In this document: positions 37,617 to 44,138 of the stretch, piece by piece
Position numbering within the stretch: position 1 is the stretch's first letter
Layout of the letters: each line of letters starts with the position of its first letter
Source of the DNA: Bdellovibrionota bacterium
GTDB taxonomy: Bacteria; Bdellovibrionota; UBA2394
Length of the DNA stretch: 44,138 bases
NCBI GenBank assembly: GCA_049436045.1
Contig: JBMTHG010000003.1
Location: 1-44,138, forward strand
Direction: 5' to 3'
Position numbers and translations under genes: made by a program
Notes under the pieces: model-generated
Databases searched by the model: none
The model's input: the letters and a program-made list of their open reading frames with translations, nothing else
What the model was told of the DNA's origin: nothing

Positions 37617-38951
37617 TTAGTGATCCAGATCAATAATCGTATCCGGAGGAAGCAGGTCAGCTTCGGGACGACCAAGATAAAAGCCTTGACCGAAATCAAT
37701 GTCAAAAGATCGAACCACTTCCAGCTCTTCTCGTTTCTCTATTCCCTCGACAAGAATCTTCGCATTGATCTTTCGGGCGATGTCGGTGATTGCTTTGAGC
37801 AGTTCTTGTTTCACGCTATGTTCATGAATGTTTCGGATGATGCAGAGATCCACTTTTACAAACTCTGGTCTGAGATTCGCAATCGCTTCGAGGCTGCCGT
37901 AACCAGAGCCGATATCGTCGACGGCAAGGCCAAAACCTCGCGCTGAAAAATACTGATGTTCTTTTTGAAAGAGAGCGTAGTTTTCAATGGCGACTCTTTC
38001 GGTGACTTCAAACACAATGTTACTTCCGGCAAGTTTTGAAGAAGATAAAAGATGATTGAGTTCTTCTCCTCGAAATTCCGGGTCATGCATCGTGTTCGGA
38101 AACGTATTGATAAAAAGCTTTTGATCAGGGCAAAGATTTCTAATGTTTTGAAGAGCCTTTCGGCGACAAAGTCGATCGAGCTCAAATGAGAGATTAGTTT
38201 TATCTGCCACTCCAAATAGCATCAAAGGACTTTCCATCGCCGTTCCTTTTGGACCGCGAGAGAGAGCCTCGTAGGCGAAGATTTTGCCTGTCTTTAAATC
38301 CACAATTGGTTGATAGAGAGTGCGAATATTTTCTTCGATGATGATTTCTTTTAAAGATTCATGAACTTTGATCATGAACCGATCACCATTAAATTTTGCC
38401 AAAGATTTTCCCTGCTCAATCAATCGATAAACCGTTCTCTCTTGAGACAAAAGAGGATTGAACACGGCATAAGAATAGCCAATATCAGCTTTGAGAATTT
38501 TTTTAGTGTAAGGGTAAGTCAGTTCAAAAATGCGAGCGTTGAGTTGCTCAGAAAATCTCTCAATGATTTGCTGAAGATTTTCCATTTTTAAGAAGCTTGT
38601 ATACTCTTCTCGTTTCGCCGACAAAAATAGCAGAAAGTTTTCATCTCGTGGATGCCGAATACTCAAGATATCGTCTTGGCGAATGAGCTTGCCCTTAAGT
38701 TCTTGAATCGACGCAATCGCTTCTCTTAAGACTTCAGAGTAAACCGAGTGGCCATAGTCATATTCGATTTTACATAGGTCACTGGCATCAATATAAATCA
38801 ATCCAAGAGCTCTTTGTTTGACGAGCACTTCTTGTAAATCTTGCATGTAGTGAAGAAAGCTATAAAGGCCAGAAGATTCATCGAGATGAGGCGACGATGA
38901 CGAAGCAGACATCAAGGGCTTCTTTGAAGCCGGCGGTTTAAAATCAATCAC
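37617..38951 (-). CDS. EAL-domain c-di-GMP phosphodiesterase with a degenerate GGDEF domain
   Basis: YQPIV, YEALSRG, FEVTE, DDIGSGY, VKVD, EGIE. The GGDEF position reads RDENF. Confidence 0.92.
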   Translation of the reverse strand: MIDFKPPASKKPLMSASSSSPHLDESSGLYSFLHYMQDLQEVLVKQRALGLIYIDASDLCKIEYDYGHSVYSEVLREAIASIQELKGKLIRQDDILSIRHPRDENFLLFLSAKREEYTSFLKMENLQQIIERFSEQLNARIFELTYPYTKKILKADIGYSYAVFNPLLSQERTVYRLIEQGKSLAKFNGDRFMIKVHESLKEIIIEENIRTLYQPIVDLKTGKIFAYEALSRGPKGTAMESPLMLFGVADKTNLSFELDRLCRRKALQNIRNLCPDQKLFINTFPNTMHDPEFRGEELNHLLSSSKLAGSNIVFEVTERVAIENYALFQKEHQYFSARGFGLAVDDIGSGYGSLEAIANLRPEFVKVDLCIIRNIHEHSVKQELLKAITDIARKINAKILVEGIEKREELEVVRSFDIDFGQGFYLGRPEADLLPPDTIIDLDH

Positions 38952-39125
38952 TGAACCTTCCCCCGATTCCCAAAACAGGAAACGATTTTTAAAATAAAAA
39001 AGCCCACTAGGCCTTAACCCCTCACCTTGGTCTCAATCAATTTTGATGAAGCCCAAAAGATATTCTAAACGATGCTTGAATCTTTTGGCAGTCCCACCCT
39101 CATCCTCACCTAAAATTTTAAGTAT

Positions 39126-39154
39126 TTGATCCGATGGGGTCAAACGAGTAGCAT
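39126..39154 (+). promoter_or_regulatory. Candidate sigma70 promoter for tolC with an overlapping imperfect palindrome
   Basis: TTGATC-17-TAGCAT. Palindrome TTTGATCC-gatg-GGGTCAAA. Confidence 0.45.
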
Positions 39155-39175
39155 GAGCTGAGAGTTTTTTTTGAA

Positions 39176-40642
39176 ATGATTAGCCATTCTAAAAGCTTAG
39201 GAGCCAGTCGCCCGAAAGTTGCAAGAGTTTGCATAGCGTCAGTGCTCTTGCAACTCGTTGCGGCATTTGCGATCGCTCAAGAAGTAAGCCCCACCGACAG
39301 CACTCAGCTATCACTCACGAAGTTGTTAGAGCTGGCGCAACAAAATGTAGACCTCAAAAAACTCAACCAATCTTCTTTAAAGCAAGCTCAACTAAGGCTC
39401 AGTCAGGTTAACGCAGAGCGATGGTTAAGCACGTTTGATTTACAAGTTCTTTCAGGAGTGGTCCCCAATGTCGATGCTAACGCGGCCGTCGCCGCAAAAA
39501 ATGCCTCTGATTTTCTTTTCAATCTGAAATCCAATGACTTAGAGAATGATTTTTCCTTCACGGGTTTGGGGCCTTTTGTTCAGTTAGAGGTCAAAGCAAT
39601 TCAGCCGCTCTACACTTGGGGGAAGATTTCAGGTTACGAAAAAATGGCCAGTGAAAACATCTCTTTGGTCGGAGCTCAGAACCAATCTCGTGTGGATGAG
39701 ATTCGATATCTCACCAAGAAAGCTTTTTATAATCTTCTCTTTTCTGTCGAGGCCATCAATGTGCTCTCGGAGGTTCAAGAAAAACTTCAAGCGGCTGAAG
39801 ACAAGCTCGAGGAGCTTTTGATCAAAAACTCGAAAAATGTCGAAGAGCAAGATCGACTAAAAATTAGAGTTTTTGCCTCAGATGTGGCCAACCGTCTTTT
39901 GGATGCTCGCCGGGGAGAAACTCTCTCGAGAACGGCTCTGGCGGAGCTTACGGGCATTCGTGGAGACTGGAAGCCTATTCCTGAGCAGTTAAAGCCCGAG
40001 CCTGTGGATAATTTGATCAAAGAAGAGGTGATTCGAACCGCCATTTCGAAAAAGCCCAGCATTTTGCAACTCGATCGCTTGATTTCGATCAAAAAGGCAG
40101 AGAAGCAGGTCGCCCGCTCTGATTTGTTCCCCAGTATATTTTTGGCCGGCGAGCTCAACTACGCTTATGCTCCTGGCCGAACCGATGTCAAAAATCCCTA
40201 TTTGAATGATCCTTTTAATCGATTTGGCTTCGGGGTGGCTTTGGGCTTCAAACAAGATTTGGGTCTTTATCGCAGCCTCAACAAAATGGAGCAGTTAGAG
40301 ACCGAGATTTACAAAAACGAGGCGCAGCGCCAGCAGTTGATCGCTCTCACGCGACTTCAGACCGAAGAGCACTACGAAAAAGCAGCCAATTCGATTGAAG
40401 GAATTCAAATCAATGAAAAGGGTTTTCGTGCTGCACGAAGCTGGCTCACCTCGACAGCGCTTTCTTACAATTTGGGTACGGCCTCCACCAAAGACGTTCT
40501 TGAGTCTTATGCGGCTTATTTTAAGGCTAGGCTCGATCTCATCAAGAGCATTTTTGAGCTCAATATGGCTCTGGCCGAGCTCTCTAGGGCCGCCGGCATC
40601 GAGGCAGTGGCGGGCCTCAACACGCCATCTCCATCGCTTTAA
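39176..40642 (+). CDS. TolC family outer membrane efflux protein
   Basis: Signal peptide, QPLYTWGK, two helical OEP repeats, S..FP, Y..G.....DVL. Confidence 0.88.
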   Translation: MISHSKSLGASRPKVARVCIASVLLQLVAAFAIAQEVSPTDSTQLSLTKLLELAQQNVDLKKLNQSSLKQAQLRLSQVNAERWLSTFDLQVLSGVVPNVDANAAVAAKNASDFLFNLKSNDLENDFSFTGLGPFVQLEVKAIQPLYTWGKISGYEKMASENISLVGAQNQSRVDEIRYLTKKAFYNLLFSVEAINVLSEVQEKLQAAEDKLEELLIKNSKNVEEQDRLKIRVFASDVANRLLDARRGETLSRTALAELTGIRGDWKPIPEQLKPEPVDNLIKEEVIRTAISKKPSILQLDRLISIKKAEKQVARSDLFPSIFLAGELNYAYAPGRTDVKNPYLNDPFNRFGFGVALGFKQDLGLYRSLNKMEQLETEIYKNEAQRQQLIALTRLQTEEHYEKAANSIEGIQINEKGFRAARSWLTSTALSYNLGTASTKDVLESYAAYFKARLDLIKSIFELNMALAELSRAAGIEAVAGLNTPSPSL

Positions 40643-40747
40643 GTTTTTGACGCCAAAAAGACTTTGCACATAAATGTCAAATTTGTGTATGACCTTGCTC
40701 ATCCATAGGTCTGAAAGGTAAAAATATCCTTTCTAAGGAGAGCAAAA

Positions 40748-41851
40748 ATGAAAAATTTGAAATTAGCCATTGTGGGCGTGGGAAACTGTGCCAGTTCACT
40801 CCTTCAGGGCATTGAATATTACAAAAGAGCCAGTGCTGATGAAAAGAGCCGACATTTAGGGCTCATGCACTACGATGTTGGGGGATATCTTCCAGAGTCT
40901 TTGCAAGTGGTAGCGGCGTTTGATGTCGATAAGCGAAAAGTTGGGCAGACATTAGAAAAAGCGATTTTCGCTCAGCCAAATTGCACAACTCGAATCGTTG
41001 ATGAGATTTCAGCAACGGGTGTCACAGTTCAAATGGGCCATGTTTTAGATGGAGTTTCTCCTCACATGGCAGATTACCCCGAGCATCGATCATTTCGAGT
41101 GAGTGATGAGAAGCCGGTCGATGTCGTGAAGGTTTTGAAAGAAAGTGGCGCAGAAGTTTTGATTTGCTATTTACCTGTAGGTAGCGAAGAGGCTGTTCAA
41201 TTTTATGCTCAAGCTTGCCTCGATGCCAAAGTGGCCATGGTGAACTGCATGCCCGTGTTTATCGCCTCGAAAAAAGAGTGGGCCGATAAATTCAGAGCCG
41301 CTGGAGTTCCGATTGTTGGCGATGATATCAAGAGCCAATTAGGAGCAACAATTGTTCATCGAGTTCTCACAAAAACATTTTCAGATCGAGGAATTAAGCT
41401 CGAGAGAACTTACCAGCTGAATACCGGTGGAAACACTGACTTCTTGAATATGCTCAATCACTCTCGTTTGAAGTCGAAGAAGATTTCAAAAACAGCGGCC
41501 GTTCAAAGTCAGTTGCCAGTGCCTCTTGATCCAGACAACGTTCACATTGGGCCTTCGGATTATGTTCCTTTTCAAAACGACAACAAAGTTTGCTTCTTGA
41601 GAATGGAAGGTACGGGCTTTGCGGGTGTTCCTCTGCACTTAGAAATGCGACTCAGTGTTGAAGACTCTCCGAATTCGGCAGGAGTTGCCATCGATGCGAT
41701 TCGATGTGCAAAATTGGCGCTCGACCGAAAAGTTTCAGGGCCTCTTTATTCCATTTCGTCTTACACGATGAAGCATCCGCCGATCCAAGTGGCTGATGCT
41801 GAAGCTCACCAAAATGTTGAAAACTTCATCGCCGGAAAATTGGAAGCATAA
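40748..41851 (+). CDS. ino1: myo-inositol-1-phosphate synthase
   Basis: GVGNCASSL, YLPVGS, GDDIKSQ.GATI.HR, YQLN.GGNTDF.NM, DSPNSAG. Confidence 0.97.
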   Translation: MKNLKLAIVGVGNCASSLLQGIEYYKRASADEKSRHLGLMHYDVGGYLPESLQVVAAFDVDKRKVGQTLEKAIFAQPNCTTRIVDEISATGVTVQMGHVLDGVSPHMADYPEHRSFRVSDEKPVDVVKVLKESGAEVLICYLPVGSEEAVQFYAQACLDAKVAMVNCMPVFIASKKEWADKFRAAGVPIVGDDIKSQLGATIVHRVLTKTFSDRGIKLERTYQLNTGGNTDFLNMLNHSRLKSKKISKTAAVQSQLPVPLDPDNVHIGPSDYVPFQNDNKVCFLRMEGTGFAGVPLHLEMRLSVEDSPNSAGVAIDAIRCAKLALDRKVSGPLYSISSYTMKHPPIQVADAEAHQNVENFIAGKLEA

Positions 41852-41870
41852 GAGCGAATCTCAAGAGAAA

Positions 41871-42539
41871 GTGGATGCGGGAAAGATCACTCATTCCCGC
41901 CTGCTCTCTGAGGAAGTGAAGCGATGGTGGATTCATGATTTCATGGGCCCGCTTGAGCGATTTTTAATTTTTAGAAAGATAAAGCCAAACGCCCTCAGCC
42001 TAACCGGTCTGTTCATCAACACGATCTCGGCGGTGTTTATTGGTCTTGATTTTCTAATTCCAGGAGGCTGGCTGCTCTTTTTGGCGGGCTCTTTCGATTT
42101 TTTAGATGGGCGCATCGCTCGATCCACCAACCAAGTAAGTGCCTCTGGGGGCTTTTTTGATTCCGTCTTAGACCGTTATATGGATTTAAGTATCTTTTTT
42201 GGCTTGGCCTATCTTTTTCAAAATAGTCCGGCCATTTGGTTGGTCTATCTTTGTATTTTAGGAAGCGTGACGACTTCTTATGTTCGCGCAAAGTCAGAGA
42301 GTTTGGGAATTCCTTGCTCTGGGGGGGCGATGCAAAGACCCGAGCGGATTTTTTATATCGGTGCGGGCTGTGTGATCTCAGGCTATTACGAGGCTTTAAG
42401 GCTTCCCTTTGAAAGTGCTGATTACAGCTACCATAACGGCTTTCTCATTTTGATTTTGGGGGTGATTGCTGTGGCGAGCAATTATGTCGGCCTGACTCGC
42501 TTTTATCAGACTTTTCAAAAGCTAAAAGAAAAGAACTAA
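41871..42539 (+). CDS. CDP-alcohol phosphatidyltransferase, probable phosphatidylinositol(phosphate) synthase
   Basis: PN.LS, DFLDGRIAR...G.F.DSVLDRY.D, SYVRAKSE, QRPER. Adjacent to ino1. The start is uncertain (the ORF is open from 41796). Confidence 0.9.
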   Translation: MDAGKITHSRLLSEEVKRWWIHDFMGPLERFLIFRKIKPNALSLTGLFINTISAVFIGLDFLIPGGWLLFLAGSFDFLDGRIARSTNQVSASGGFFDSVLDRYMDLSIFFGLAYLFQNSPAIWLVYLCILGSVTTSYVRAKSESLGIPCSGGAMQRPERIFYIGAGCVISGYYEALRLPFESADYSYHNGFLILILGVIAVASNYVGLTRFYQTFQKLKEKN

Positions 42540-42661
42540 GAGAGAAAAATCTGCATTTTTCTGGAGTTTTGAGGGGCATTCCAGGCCTGAAGTTTCGTTT
42601 TCCAAACCCTGCTCGCTCTTTATGACTTTCTTTGAGCCTTTTGAGTGGTTAAAGTGATCAG

Positions 42662-43378
42662 ATGATCAATTCTATTTTGCTTTCAGTTTTGTTGATGGCG
42701 CAATCCTCAGGCTTGAGCACGATTTCTAGCGCAAAAGAGCCTGAGGTAAGGCCCGTGGCTTCCTCAAAAATTTTGTATTCGGCATATCCCGTCGAAAAAT
42801 CATCGAGTTCGAAATTTCTCGTCGATAAGTTTTCGTCATTAGAATCTAAGGTTCAGAACTACGAAAAGCTTTCAAAAGACGAAAAGCAAAAGCTTGATGT
42901 TGAGATTCGAAAGGTGGTTTCAAGCGCTCTTGATCTCGACACTTTAGGAAGACGAGCCATGCTGGCCTATTGGGATGAAGTCGCCAAGCTTTCTCAGGGG
43001 CAAAAAAAATTAGATGATTATCAAAAAGTTTTCAAAGACCTGGTTGAAGAGAACTATTTAGAAAAAGCACGATCTTATATTAACAAAGACCATCAGATTT
43101 ATCTCATTGAAGAAGATGAAAAATCTAAATTAGTTTTGATCAAAGCGTATTTAAAAAAAGCTGATGCGGATGTTCTTTTGGAATTTAAAATGCAAAAAAA
43201 TCCTCCCGCCATTTTAGATATCAAGCTCGATGACACCTCACTTGAGGGAACTTATCGCAGCAGCTTCAATCGAATCATTCGTGGAAAAGATAAGTTAGAA
43301 GATGGATTTCAAGAGCTGATGAGAGTGATGAATGCTCGATTAGATGAATTGAGAAAAGATGGAGCGACTCGCCTGTGA
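42662..43378 (+). CDS. MlaC/Ttg2D-like periplasmic lipid-binding protein
   Basis: Signal peptide, LD...LGRRAM..YW, F..LV...Y, DI......SL...YRSSF..II. Confidence 0.75.
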   Translation: MINSILLSVLLMAQSSGLSTISSAKEPEVRPVASSKILYSAYPVEKSSSSKFLVDKFSSLESKVQNYEKLSKDEKQKLDVEIRKVVSSALDLDTLGRRAMLAYWDEVAKLSQGQKKLDDYQKVFKDLVEENYLEKARSYINKDHQIYLIEEDEKSKLVLIKAYLKKADADVLLEFKMQKNPPAILDIKLDDTSLEGTYRSSFNRIIRGKDKLEDGFQELMRVMNARLDELRKDGATRL

Positions 43379-44138
43379 AATTAGTTTTATCTTGGATTTT
43401 TTTCTTTCAGACTTTTGTTTTTGCGAACGCTTTTGCAGAGCTAGCTTTTTTAAAAAACTTTCCCAAGCAATCTTATCGCGAAGTTTTTTCAGATGGGCGA
43501 TTGATAGGAAAGACCGAGTCTTCATGGCGAGAGGTCGAAGGGGCGCGCCTCGAATTCAACGAGCAATCAAGTATGCAGATTCAGCTCTTTGGGAAGGCGC
43601 AAACCATCAGCACGCAACTCAGTATTTCAACAGACGATCAACTTTTTATTCAGAATTTCACCTATGAAATGAAGAGCGATGATTCGACTTTGAGAGTAGA
43701 GGGCCAAAGATCGAATGATTTAATGAGATTAAAAAAACTTCAGGCCGGGGGGCAGCAGGTGAAAGAGATTGCTTTGCAAGAGCCCATCTTATTATTGCCT
43801 CTCATTCGTCCCTTTCTGTTGAAGCGTGGATTGATGGGCTTGAAAAAAGAATTCGTTGAAACCGCTCAGTTGTTAGAGCCTGCAGCCTTAACTCTTATTC
43901 CGATGAATCTTAGGGCAAAAGCAAACTCTAAGGGCTATGAAGTCATCACCACTTATCTTTCTCAAACTTTGACAAGTCAGCTCGATTTGAAGGGTGAACT
44001 TATTGAGGAAAAAACAGATTTTGCTGGAGTGCCATTGCTCGAAAAAACGGTAAGTCGCGAGCATTTCCAAAGTGTAAAAATTGCCGGAATGACGTCTGAT
44101 TTAGTCGAGAGAGTCAAAGTGGATTTTCCGCGACTAAA
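43375..44138 (+). CDS. Partial exported protein, N-terminus resembles deltaproteobacterial transglutaminase-like proteins (not in the ORF track)
   Basis: The GTG overlaps the upstream stop (GTGA). The frame MKLVLSWIFFFQTFVFANAFA... stays open to the window end. The catalytic domain would lie outside the window. Confidence 0.65.
   Translation, partial: MKLVLSWIFFFQTFVFANAFAELAFLKNFPKQSYREVFSDGRLIGKTESSWREVEGARLEFNEQSSMQIQLFGKAQTISTQLSISTDDQLFIQNFTYEMKSDDSTLRVEGQRSNDLMRLKKLQAGGQQVKEIALQEPILLLPLIRPFLLKRGLMGLKKEFVETAQLLEPAALTLIPMNLRAKANSKGYEVITTYLSQTLTSQLDLKGELIEEKTDFAGVPLLEKTVSREHFQSVKIAGMTSDLVERVKVDFPRL

Noticed and set aside
38952-39120. c-di-GMP riboswitch in the EAL gene leader
   Set aside because: A hairpin (CCAAAAG...CTTTTGG, about 39053-39088) exists, but I could not find the class I or II consensus elements. 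An Infernal scan would settle it.
43359-43667. 102-aa ORF, or a frameshifted gene at the right end
   Set aside because: A different frame from GTG 43375 is open to the window end and begins with a signal peptide
1-44138. CRISPR arrays, tRNA/rRNA genes, IS elements and the many short antisense ORFs
   Set aside because: I saw no spaced repeats, cloverleafs, rRNA signatures or transposase motifs by eye. The short ORFs overlap well-supported genes and lack motifs.

Overview
Bacterial chromosomal window, probably from a deltaproteobacteria-like lineage (Myxococcota/Bdellovibrionota). This is inferred from a MYXO-CTERM-type sorting tail, a stand-alone M17 N-domain protein and the yceD-rpmF-plsX-fabG-acpP-fabF-rpiB-glyA-nusB order. 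From the left: guaB-guaA (guaA carries one in-frame TAA), then a ~5.4 kb AT-richer island in the guaA 3' end. The island is bounded by a 16/19 direct repeat and carries ACP, SDR, acyl-AMP ligase, a PseH-like acyltransferase, a decayed tyrosine integrase and a CMAH-like metallo-beta-lactamase-fold gene. It abuts a pseudaminic acid cluster (pseC, pseG, pseI, formyltransferase). Next come a candidate ~190 nt G-tract small RNA with its own promoter and terminator, an M16 peptidase pair, a HAD-like protein, trmJ, a matrixin pair, a rhodanese, ilvC and the fatty-acid/glyA/nusB cluster. These are followed by a 1144-aa orphan, pepA, a stand-alone motAB divergent from an MreB paralogue and a degenerate PLP enzyme, and an EAL protein. 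The window ends with a tolC-ino1-CDP-alcohol phosphatidyltransferase-mlaC-like run. Many genes appear leaderless. I saw no rRNA, tRNA or CRISPR array. All family calls come from motif recognition by eye, not from database searches.
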